DNA from: Eledone cirrhosa | Taxonomy: Eukaryota | Assembly: GCA_964016885.1 (NCBI GenBank) | Contig: OZ024745.1 | Location: 1,984,001 to 2,048,000, forward strand | Direction of reading: 5' to 3' | Length of the DNA stretch: 64,000 nt | Part shown: piece by piece, positions 49,421 to 61,600 of the stretch | How positions within the stretch are numbered: the stretch's first letter is position 1 | How the letters are laid out: each line of letters begins with the position of its first letter | Made by a program: the position numbers and the translations under genes | Notes under the pieces: generated by a model | Told to the model about the DNA's origin: nothing | Seen by the model: the letters and a program-made list of their open reading frames with translations, nothing else | Database searches by the model: none

Positions 49421-52400
49421 GTATACAGTACATGTAGACACATTGGTTATAGAGAAAGGTAAACTGTAACATGTATACAATATATGTAGACACATTGGTT
49501 ATAGAGAAATTTAAACTGTAACATGTATAAAATACATGTAGACATATTGGTTATAGAGAAAGGTATACTGTAACATGTATATAATATATGTAGACACATT
49601 GGATATAGAGAAAGGTATACTGTAACATGTATATAATACATGTAGACACATTGGTTATAGAGATAGGTAAACTGTAACATGTATACAATATATGTAGACA
49701 CATTGGTTATAGAGAAATGTATACTGTAACATGTATACAATACATGTAGACACATTGTTTATAGAGATAGGTAAACTGTAACATGTATACAATATATGTA
49801 GACACATTGGTTATAGAGAAAGGTAAACCGTAACATGTATACAATACATGTAGACACATTGGTTATAGAAAAAGGTAAACTGTAACATGTATATAATACA
49901 TGTAGACACATTGGTTATAGAGAAAGGTATACTATAACATGTATACAATACATGTAGACACATTGGTTATAGAGAAAGGTAAACTGTAACATGTATACAA
50001 TACAGGTAGACACATTAGTTATAGAGAAAGGTACATTGTAACATGTATACAATACATGTAGACACATTGGTTATAGAGAAAGGTATACTGTAACATGTAT
50101 ATAATACATGTAGACACATTGGTTATAGAGAAAGGTATACTGTAACATGTATACAATACAGGTAGACACATTCGTTATAGAGAAAGGTACATTGTAACAT
50201 GTATACAATATATGTAGACACATTGGTTATAGAGAAAGGTATACTGTAACATGTATACAATACATGTAGACACATTGGTTATAGAGAAAGGTATACTGTA
50301 ACATGTATACAATAGATGTAGACACATTGGTTATAGAGAAAGGTATACTGTAACATGTATATAATACATGTAGACACATTGGTTATAGAGAAAGGTATAC
50401 TGTAACATGTATACAATACATGTAGACACATTGGTTATAGAGAAAGGTATACTGTAACATGTATATAATACATGTAGACACATTGGTTATAGAGAAAGGT
50501 ATACTGTAACATGTATAGAATATATGTAGACACATTCGTTATAGAGAAAGGTAAACTGTAACATGTATACAATATATGTAGACAACTGGTTATAGAGAAA
50601 GGTATACTGTAACATGTATACAATATATGTAGATACATTGGTTATAGAGAAAGGTATACTGTAACATGTATATAATACATGGAGACACATTGGTTATAGA
50701 GAAAGGTATACTGTAACATGTATACAATACATGTAGACACATTGGTTATAGAGAAAGATAAACTGTAACATGTATATAATACATGGAGACACATTGGTTA
50801 TAGAGAAAGGTATACTGTAACATGTATACAATACATGTAGACACATTGGTTATAGAGAAAGGTATACTGTAACATGTATATAATACATGTAGACACATTG
50901 GTTATAGAGAAAGGTATACTGTAACATGTATATAATACATGTAGACACATTGGTTATAGAGAAAGGTATACTGTAACATGTATATAATACATGTAGACAT
51001 ATAGGTTATAGTGAAATGTATACTGTAACATGTATACAGTATATGTAGACACATTGGTTATAGAGAAAGGTAAACTGTAACATGTATACAATATATGTAG
51101 ACACATTGGTTATAGAGAAAGGTATACTGTAACATGTATACAATACATGTAGACACATTGTTTATAGAGATAGGTAAACTGTAACACGTATAAAATATAT
51201 GTAGACACATTGGTTATAGAGAAAGGTAAACTGTAACATGTATACAATACATGTAGACACATTGGTTATAGAGAAAGGTAAACCGTAACATGTATACAAT
51301 ACATGTAGACACATTGGTTATAGAAAAAGGTAAACTGTAACATGTATATAATACATGTAGACACATTGGTTATAGAGAAAGGTATACTGTAACATGTATA
51401 CAATACATGTAGATACATTGGTTATTGAGAAAGGTAAACTGTAACATGTATACAATACAGGTAGACACATTCGTTATAGAGAAAGGTACATTGTAACATG
51501 TATACAATACATGTAGACACATTGGTTATAAAGAAAGGTATACTGTAGCATGTATATAATACATGTAGACACATTGGTTATAGAGAAAGGTATACTGTAA
51601 CATGTATACAATACAGGTAGACACATTCGTTATAGAGAAAGGTACATTGTAACATGTATACAATATATGTAGACACATTGGTTATAGAGAAAGTTATACT
51701 GTAACATGTATACAATACATGTAGACACATTGGTTATAGAGAAAGGTATACTGTAACATGTATATAATACATGTAGACACATTGGTTATAGAGAAAGGTA
51801 TACTGTAACATGTATACAATACATGTAGACACATTGGTTATAGAGAAAGGTAAACTGTAACATGTATATAATACAGGTAGACACATTAGTTATAGAGAAA
51901 GGTACATTGTAACATGTATACAATTCATGTAGACACATTGGTTATAGAGAAAGGTATACTGTAACATGTATATAATACATGTAGACACATTGGTTATAGA
52001 GAAAGGTATACTGTAACATGTATACAATACAGGTAGACACATTCGTTATAGAGAAAGGTACATTGTAACATGTATACAATATATGTAGACACATTGGTTA
52101 TAGAGAAAGGTATACTGTAACATGTATACAATACATGTAGACACATTGGTTATAGAGAAAGGTATACTGTAACATGTATACAATAGATGTAGACACATTG
52201 GTTATAGAGAAAGGTATACTGTAACATGTATATAATACATGTAGACACATTGGTTATAGAGAAAGGTATACTGTAACATGTAGACAATACATGTAGACAC
52301 ATTGGTTATAGAGAAAGGTATACTGTAACATGTATATGATACATGTAGACACAGTGGTTATAGAGAAAGGTATACTGTAACATGTATACAATATATGTAG

Positions 52401-53620
52401 ACACATTCGTTATGGAGAAAGGTAAACTGTAACATGTATACAATATATGTAGACAACTGGTTATAGAGAAAGGTATACTGTAACATGTATACAATATATG
52501 TAGACACATTGGTTATAGAGAGAGGTATACTGTAACATGTATATAATACATGTAGACACATTGGTTATAGAGAAAGGTATACTGTAACATGTATATAATA
52601 CATGTAGACACATTGGTTATAGAGAAAGGTATACTGTAACATGTATATAATACATGTAGACATATAGGTTATAGTGAAAGGTATACTGTAACATGTATAC
52701 AATATATGTAGACACATTGGTTATAGAGATAGGTAAACTGTAACATGTATACAATATATGTAGACACATTGGTTATAGAGAAAGGTATACTGTAACATGT
52801 ATACAATACATGTAGACACATTGGTTATAGAGAAAGGTATACTGTAATATGTATATAATACATGTAGACACATTGGTTATAAAGAAAGGTATACTGTAAC
52901 ATGTATACAATATATGTAGACACATTCGTTATAGAGAAAGGTAAACTGTAACATGTATACAATATATGTAGACAACTGGTTATAGAGAAAGGTATACTGT
53001 AACATGTATACAATATATGTAGACACATTGGTTATAGAGAAAGGTAAACTGTAACATGTATATAATACATGTAGACACATTGGTTATATAGAAAGGTAAA
53101 CTGTAACATGTATACACTATGTGTAGACACATTGGTTATAGCGAAAGGTATACTGTAACATGTATACAATATATGTAGACACATTGGTTATTGAGAAAGG
53201 TGTACTGTAACATGTATACGATACATATAGACACATTGGTTATAGAGAAAGGTAAACTGTAACATGTATACAATACGTGTAGACACATTTGTTATAGAGA
53301 AAGGTATACTGTAACATGTATACAATACATGTAGACACATTGTTTATAGAGATAGGTAAACTGTAACACGTATAAAATATATGTAGACACATTGGTTATA
53401 GAGAAAGGTAAACTGTAACATGTATACAATACATGTAGACACATTGGTTATAGAGAAAGGTATACTGTAACATGTATATAATACATGTAGACACATTGGT
53501 TATAGAGAAAGGTATACTGTAACATGTATACAATATATGTAGACACATTCGTTATAGAGAAAGGTAAACTGTAACATGTATACAATATATGTAGACAACT
53601 GGTTATAGAGAAAGGTATAC

Positions 53621-53632
53621 TGTAACATGTAT
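53621..53632 (+). other. satA/satB junction at a 12-bp microhomology, TGTAACATGTAT
   Basis: The sequence reads AAAGGTATAC-TGTAACATGTAT-CACAGTCCC. The 12-mer is part of both consensus monomers, in register on both sides. Confidence 0.97.
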
Positions 53633-54399
53633 CACAGTCCCAGTGTGTTTCTATAAAGAGACAGTGTGTAACATGTATCACAGTCCCAGTGTGTTTCTAT
53701 ATAGAGACAGTGTGTAACATGTATTACAATCCCAGTGTATTTCTATATAGAGACAGTGTGTAACATGTATCACAGTCCCAGTGTGTTTCTATATAGAGAC
53801 AGTGTGTAACATGTATCAAAGTCCCAGTGTGTTTCTATAAAGAGACAGTGTGTAACATGTATCACAGTCCCAGTGTGTTTCTATATAGAGACAGTGTGTA
53901 ATATGTATCACAGTCCCAGTGTGTTTCTATATAGAGATAGTGTGTAACATGTATCACCGTCCCAGTGTGTTTCTATATAGTGACAGTGTGTAACATGTGT
54001 CACAGTCCCAGTGTGTTTCTATATAGAGACAGTGTGTAACATGTATCACAGTCCCAGTGTGTTTCTATATAGAGACAGTGTGTAACATGTATTACAGTCC
54101 CAGTGTGTTTCTATATAGAGACAGTGTGTAATATGTGTCACAGTCACAGTGTGTTTCTATAATGAGACAGTGTGTAACATGTGTCACAGTCCCAGTGTGT
54201 TTCTATATCGAGACAGTGTGTAACATGTATTACAGTCCCAGTGTGTTTCTATATAGAGACAGTGTGTAACATGTATCACAGTCCCAGTTTGTTTCTATAT
54301 AGAGACAGTGTGTAGCATGTATCACAGTCCCAGTGTGTTTCTATAAAGAGACAGTGTGTAACATGTATCACAGTCCCAGTGTGTTTCTATATAGAGACA

Positions 54400-55180
54400 G
54401 TGTGTAGCATGTATCACAGTCCCAGTGTGTTTTATAAAGAGACAGTTTGTAACATGTGTCACAGTCGCAGTGTGTTTCTATATAGAGACAGTGTGTAACA
54501 TGTATTACAGTCCCAGAGTGTTTCTATATAGAGACAGTGTGTAACATGTATTACAGTCCTAGTGTGTTTCTATATAGAGACAGTTTGTAACATGTGTCAC
54601 AGTCGCAGTGTGTTTCTATATAGAGACAGTGTGTAACATGTATTACAGTCCCAGAGTGTTTCTATATAGAGACAGTGTGTAACATGTATTACAGTCCTAG
54701 TGTGTTTCTATATAGAGACAGTTTGTAACATGTATCACAGTCCCAGTGTGTTTCTATATAGAGACAGTGTGTAGCATGTATCACACTCCCAGTGTTTTTC
54801 TATAAAGAAACAGTGTGTAACATGTATCACAGTCCCAGTGTGTTTCTATATAGAGACAGTGTGTAGCATGTATCACAGTCCCAGTGTGTTTTATAAAGAG
54901 ACGGTTTGTAACATGTGTCACAGTCGCAGTGTGTTTCTATATAGAGACAGTGTGTAACATGTATTACAGTCCCAGAGTGTTTCTATATAGAGACAGTGTG
55001 TAACATGTACTACAGTCCTAGTGTGTTTCTATATAGAGACAGTTTGTAACATGTATCACAGTCCCAGTGTGTTTCTATATAGAGACAGTGTGTAGCATGT
55101 ATCACACTCCCAGTGTTTTTCTATAAAGAAACAGTGTGTAACATGTATCACAGTCCCAGTGTGTTTCTATATAGAGACAG
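54400..55180. repeat. Nested 138-bp (3-mer) and 321-bp (7-mer) duplications in satB
   Basis: AGTCGCAG at 54463, 54601 and 54922. CACACTCCC at 54782 and 55103. Confidence 0.85.
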
Positions 55181-55699
55181 TGTGTAACATGTATCACAGT
55201 CCCAGTGTGTTTCTATAAAGAGAGTGTGTAACATGTATCACAATCCCAGTGTGTTTCTATATAGAGGCAGTGTGTAGCATGTATCACAGTCCCAGTGTGT
55301 TTCTATATACAGACAGTGTGTAACATGTATTACAGTCCCAGTGTGTTTCTATAAAGAGAGTGTGTAACATGTATCACAGTCCCAGTGTGTTTCTATAAAG
55401 AAACAGTGTGTAACATGTATCACAGTCCCAGTGTGTTTCTATATAGAGACAGTGTGTAGCATGTATCACAGTCCCAGTGTGTTTCTATATAGAGACAGTG
55501 TGTAACATGTATCAAAGTCCCAGTGTGTTTCTATAAAGAGACAGTGTGTAACATGTATCAGAGTCCCAGTGTGTTTCTATAAAGTGACAGTCTGTAACAT
55601 GTATTACAGTCCCAGTGTGTTTCTATATAGAGACAGTGTGTAACATGTATCACAGTCCCAGTGTGTTTCTATATAGAGACAGTGTTTAACATGTATTAC

Positions 55700-58615
55700 A
55701 GTCCCAGTGTGTTTCTATATAGAGACAGTGTGTAACATGTATCACAGTCCCAGTGTGTTTCTATATAGAGACAGTGTGTAACATGTATTACAGTCCCAGT
55801 GTGTTTCTATATAGAGACAGTGTGTAACATGTATCACAGTCCCAGTGTGTTTCTATATAGTGACAGTGTGTAACATGTGTCACAGTCCCAGTGTGTTTCT
55901 ATATAGAGACAGTGTGTAACATGTATCACAGTCCCAGTGTGTTTCTATATAGAGACAGTGTGTAACATGTATTACGGTCCCAGTGTGTTTCTATATAGAG
56001 ACAGTGTGTAACATGTGTCACAGTCCCAGTGTGTTTCTATATAGAGACAGTGTGTAACATGTATCACAGCCCCAGTGTGTTTCTATATAGAGACAGTGTG
56101 TAACATGTATTACAGTCCCAGTGTGTTTCTATATAGACATAGTGTGTAACATGTATCAAAGTCCCAGTGTGTTTCTATATAGAGACAGTGTGTAACATGT
56201 ATTACAGTCCCAGTGTGCTTTTATATAGCGACAGTGTATAACATGTATTACAGTCCCAGTGTGTTTCTATATAGAGACAGTGTGTAACATGTATCAATGT
56301 CCCATTGTGTTTCTATATAGAGACAGTGTGTAACATGTATCACAGTCCCATTTTTTTTTCTATAAAGAGACAGTGTGTAACATGTATTGCAGTTCCAGTC
56401 TTTTTCTATAAAGAGACATTGTGTAACATGTACTACAGTCCCAGTGTTTTCTTATAAAGAGACAGTGTGTAACATGTGTCACAGTCGTAGTGTGTTTCTA
56501 TATAGAGACAGTGTGTAACATGTATCACAGTCCCAGTGTGTTTCTATAAAGAGACAGTGTGTAACATGTGTCACCGTCCCAGTGTGCTTCTATATAGAGA
56601 CAGTGTGTAACATGTATTACGGTCCCAGTGTGTTTCTATATAGAGACAGTGTGTAACATGTATTACAGTCCCAGTGTGTTTCTATATAGAGACAGTGTTT
56701 AACATGTATTACAGTCCCAGTGTGTTTTATAAAGAGACAGTTTGTAACATGTGTCACAGTCCCAGTGTGTTTCTATATAGAGACTGTGTGTAACATGTAT
56801 TACAGTCCCAGTGTGTTTCTATATAGAGACAGTGTGTAACATGTATCACAGTCCCAGTGTGTTTCTATATAGAGACAGTGTGTAGCATGTATCACACTCC
56901 CAGTGTTTTTCTATGAAGAAACAGTGTGTAAAATGTATCACAGTCCCAGTGTGTTTCTATATAGAGACAGTGTGTAATATGTATCACAGTCCCAGTGTGT
57001 TTCTATATAGAGACAGTGTGTAACATGTATCACAGTCCCAGTGTGTTTCTATAAAGAGACAATGTGTAACATGTATCACAGTTCCAGTGTGTTTCTATAT
57101 AGAGACAGTGTGTAGCATGTATCACAGTCCCAGTGTGTTTCTATATAGAGACAGTGTGTAACATGTATCACAGTCCCAGTGTGTTTCTATATAGAGACAG
57201 TGTGTAACATGTATTACAGTCCCAGTGTGTTTCTATATAGAGACAGTGTGTAACATGTATCACAGTCCCAGTGTGTTTCTATATAGTGACAGTGTGTAAC
57301 ATGTGTCACAGTCCCAGTGTGTTTCTATATAGAGACAGTGTGTAACATGTATCACAGTCCCAGTGTGTTTCTATATAGAGACAGTGTGTAACATGTATTA
57401 CGGTCCCAGTGTGTTTCTATATAGAGACAGTGTGTAACATGTGTCACAGTCCCAGTGTGTTTCTATATAGAGACAGTGTGTAACATGTATCACAGCCCCA
57501 GTGTGTTTCTATATAGAGACAGTGTGTAACATGTATTACAGTCCCAGTGTGTTTCTATATAGACATAGTGTGTAACATGTATCAAAGTCCCAGTGTGTTT
57601 CTATATAGAGACAGTGTGTAACATGTATTACAGTCCCAGTGTGCTTTTATATAGCGACAGTGTATAACATGTATTACAGTCCCAGTGTGTTTCTATATAG
57701 AGACAGTGTGTAACATGTATCAATGTCCCATTGTGTTTCTATATAGAGACAGTGTGTAACATGTATCACAGTCCCATTTTTTTTTCTATAAAGAGACAGT
57801 GTGTAACATGTATTGCAGTTCCAGTCTTTTTCTATAAAGAGACATTGTGTAACATGTACTACAGTCCCAGTGTTTTCTTATAAAGAGACAGTGTGTAACA
57901 TGTGTCACAGTCGTAGTGTGTTTCTATATAGAGACAGTGTGTAACATGTATCACAGTCCCAGTGTGTTTCTATAAAGAGACAGTGTGTAACATGTGTCAC
58001 CGTCCCAGTGTGCTTCTATATAGAGACAGTGTGTAACATGTATTACGGTCCCAGTGTGTTTCTATATAGAGACAGTGTGTAACATGTATTACAGTCCCAG
58101 TGTGTTTCTATATAGAGACAGTGTTTAACATGTATTACAGTCCCAGTGTGTTTTATAAAGAGACAGTTTGTAACATGTGTCACAGTCCCAGTGTGTTTCT
58201 ATATAGAGACTGTGTGTAACATGTATTACAGTCCCAGTGTGTTTCTATATAGAGACAGTGTGTAACATGTATCACAGTCCCAGTGTGTTTCTATATAGAG
58301 ACAGTGTGTAGCATGTATCACACTCCCAGTGTTTTTCTATGAAGAAACAGTGTGTAAAATGTATCACAGTCCCAGTGTGTTTCTATATAGAGACAGTGTG
58401 TAATATGTATCACAGTCCCAGTGTGTTTCTATATAGAGACAGTGTGTAACATGTATCACAGTCCCAGTGTGTTTCTATAAAGAGACAATGTGTAACATGT
58501 ATCACAGTTCCAGTGTGTTTCTATATAGAGACAGTGTGTAGCATGTATCACAGTCCCAGTGTGTTTCTATATAGAGACAGTGTGTAACATGTATCACAGT
58601 CCCAGTGTGTTTCTA
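55700..58615. repeat. 1426-bp (31-monomer) tandem higher-order duplication in satB
   Basis: The monomer containing CCCA-T9-C starts at 56341 and 57767. ATAGCGAC, AGTCGTAG, CTATGAAGAA and GACATAGTG recur at the same offset. Confidence 0.93.
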
Positions 58616-61600
58616 TAAAGAGGCAGTGTGTAACATGTATCACAGTCCCAGTGTGTTTCTATATAGAGACAGTGTGTAACATGTATCACAGTCCCAGTGT
58701 GTTTCTATATAGAGAGAGTGTGTAAAATGTATTACAGTCCCAGTGTGTTTCTATGAAGAGACAGTGTGTAACATGTATTACAGTCCCAGTGTATTTCTAT
58801 ATAGTGACAGAGTGTAACATGTATCACAGTCCCAGTGTGTTTCTATATAGAGACAGTGTGTAACATGTATCAAAGTCCCATTGTGTTTCTATATAGAGAC
58901 AGTGTGTAACATGTATCAATGTCCCAGTGTGTTTCTATATAGAGACAGTGTGTAACATGTATTGCAGTTCCAGGGTGTTTCTATAAAGAGACATTGTGTA
59001 ACATGTATCACAGTCCCAGTGTGTTTCTATATAGAGACAGTGTGTAACATGTATCACAGTCCCAGTGTGTTTCTATATAGAGACAGTGTGTAACATGTAT
59101 CACAGTCCCAGTGTGTTTCTATATAGTGACAGTGTGTAACATGTATCACAGTCCCAGTGTGTTTCTATATAGAGACAGTGTGTAACATGTATCAAAGTCC
59201 CAGTGTGTTTCTATATAGAGACAGTGTGTAACATGTATTACAGTCCCAGTGTGTTTCTATATAGAGACAGTGTGTAATATGTATTACAGTCCCAGTGTGT
59301 TTCTATATAGAGACAGTGTGTAACATGTATCAAAGTCCCATTGTGATTCTATATAGAGACAGAGTGTAACATGTATCACAGTCCCAGTGTGTTTCTATAT
59401 AGAGACAGTGTGTAACATGTACTACAGTCCCAGTGTGTTCCTATAAAGAGACAGTGTGTAACATGTATCACAGTCCCAGTGTGTTTCTATAAAGAGACAT
59501 TGTGTAACATGTACTACAGTCCCAGTGTGTTCCTATAAAGAGACAGTGTGTAACATGTATCACAGTCCCAGTGTGTTTCTATAAAGAGACAGTGTGTAAC
59601 ATGTATTACATTCCCAGTGTGTTTCTATATAGAGACAGTGTGTAACATGTATCACAGTCCCAGTGTGTTTCTATATAGAGACAGTGTGTAACATGTATCA
59701 CAGTCCCAGTGTGTTTCTATATAGAGACAGTGTGTAGCATGTATCACAGTCCCAGTGTGTTTATATAAAGAAACAGTGTGTAACATGTATCACAGTCCCA
59801 GTGTGTTTCTATATAGAGACAGTGTGTAGCATGTATCACAGTCCCAGTGTGTTTATATAAAGAAACAGTGTGTAACATGTATCAAAGTCCCAGTGTGTTT
59901 CTATATAGAGACAGTGTGTAACATGTATTACAGTCCCAGTGTGTTTCTATATAGAGACAGTGTGTAACATGTATCAATGTCCCAGTGTGTTTCTATATAG
60001 AGACAGTGTGTAACATGTATTGCAGTTCCAGTGTGTTTCTATAAAGAGACATTGTGTAACATGTATCACAGTCCCAGTGTGTTTCTATATACAGACAGTG
60101 TGTAACATGTATCACAATCCCAGTGTGTTTCTATATAGTGACAGTGTGTAACATGTGTCACAGTCCCAGTGTGTTTCTATAAAGAGACAGTGTGTAACAT
60201 GTATCACAGTCCCAGTGTGTTTCTATATAGAGACAGTGTGTAACATGCATCACAGTCCCAGTGTGTTTCTATATAGAGACAGTGTGTAACATGTATCAAA
60301 GTCCCATTGTGATTCTATATAGAGACAGTGTGTAACATGTATCACAGTCCCAGTGTGTTTCTATAAAGAGACATTGTGTAACATGTACTACAGTCCCAGT
60401 GTGTTCCTATAAAGAGACAGTGTGTAACATGTATCACAGTCCCAGTGTGTTTCTATATAGAGACAGTGTGTAACATGTATCACAGTCCCAGTGTGTTTCT
60501 ATAAAGAGACAGTGTGTAACATGTATTACATTCCCAGTGTGTTTCTATATAGAGACAGTGTGTAACATGTATCACAGTCCCAGTGTGTTTCTATATAGAG
60601 ACAGTGTGTAACATGTATCACAGTCCCAGTGTGTTTCTATATAGAGACAGTGTGTAGCATGTATCACAGTCCCAGTGTGTTTATATAAAGAAACAGTGTG
60701 TAACATGTATCACAGTCCCAGTGTGTTTCTATATAGAGACAGTGTGTAACATGTATCACAGTCCCAGTGTGTTTCTATATAGAGACAGTGTGTAGCATGT
60801 ATCACAGTCCCAGTGTGTTTCTATAAAGAAACAGTGTGTAACATGTATAACAGTCCCAGTGTGTTTCTATATAGAGACAGTGTGTAACATGTATCACAGT
60901 CCCAGTGTGTTTCTATAAAGAGAGTGTGTAACATGTATCACAGTCCCAGTGTGTTTCTATATAGAGACAGTGTGTAGCATGTATCACAGTCCCAGTGTGT
61001 TTCTATATACAGACAGTGTGTAACATGTGTCACAGTCCCAGTGTGTTTCTATATAGAGACAGTGTGTAACATGTATCAAAGTCCCAGTGTGTTTCTATAA
61101 AGAGACAGTGTGTAACATGTATCACAGTCCCAGTGTGTTTCTATAAAGAGACAGTGTGTAACATGTATTACAGTCCCAGTGTGTTTCTATATAGAGACAG
61201 TGTGTAACATGTATCACAGTCCCAGTGTGTTTCTATATAGAGACAGTGTTTAACATGTATTACAGTCCCAGTGTGTTTCTATATAGAGACAGTGTGTAAC
61301 ATGTATCACAGTCCCAGTGTGTTTCTATCTATATAGAGACAGTGTGTAACATGTATTACAGTCCCAGTGTGTTTCTATAAAGGGACAGTGTGTAACATGT
61401 ACTACAGTCCCAGTGTGTTTCTATAAAGAGACAGTGTGTAACATGTACTACAGTCCCAGTGTGTTTCTATATAGAGACAGTGTGTAACATGTGTCACAAT
61501 CCCAGTGTGTTTCTATATAGAGACAGTGTGTAACATGTATCACAGTCCCAGTGTGTTTCTATATAGAGACAGTGTGTAACATGTATCAAAGTCCCAGTGT

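Larger units (their letters stand above)
29800..53620. repeat. satA right subfamily domain (A2)
   Basis: Recurrent markers not seen in A1: AAATTTAAAC (first at about 29806), TACGTGTAG (first at about 30248), TATAGCGAAA, TATTGAGAAAGG, GGTAGACTG, TATAGTGAA, AATAGATG, TACTATAAC. Confidence 0.85.
1..53632. repeat. Satellite array A, 52-bp monomer, about 1030 head-to-tail copies, open at the left window edge
   Basis: Consensus GGTTATAGAGAAAGGTA(T/A)ACTGTAACATGTATA(C/T)AATA(T/C)ATGTAGACACATT repeats every 52 bp in one orientation. Most copies differ from consensus by only a few substitutions, with occasional 50, 51 or 54-bp monomers. No unique sequence was seen between copies. Confidence 0.99.

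Noticed and set aside
1-53632. p53-family response elements (paired ACATGT)
   Set aside because: TAACATGTAT and ATACATGTAG both mismatch RRRCWWGYYY in the flanks, and the cores are 11 rather than 10 bp apart.
1-53632. Order of monomer variants as an information-bearing code
   Set aside because: The order is explained by nested duplications, and nothing indicates a readout mechanism.
335-53681. About 60 minus-strand ORFs of 62-102 aa (MCLHVLYTCYSIPFS...) as a gene family
   Set aside because: They are the three-frame translation of the 52-mer. Each one coincides with an indel or stop-loss variant monomer, they overlap in different frames, and there is no unique flanking sequence or recognisable domain.
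53448-53681. Chimeric 77-aa ORF crossing the junction
   Set aside because: It is a chance read-through from satB into satA, extended by a 51-bp monomer, with no independent coding evidence.
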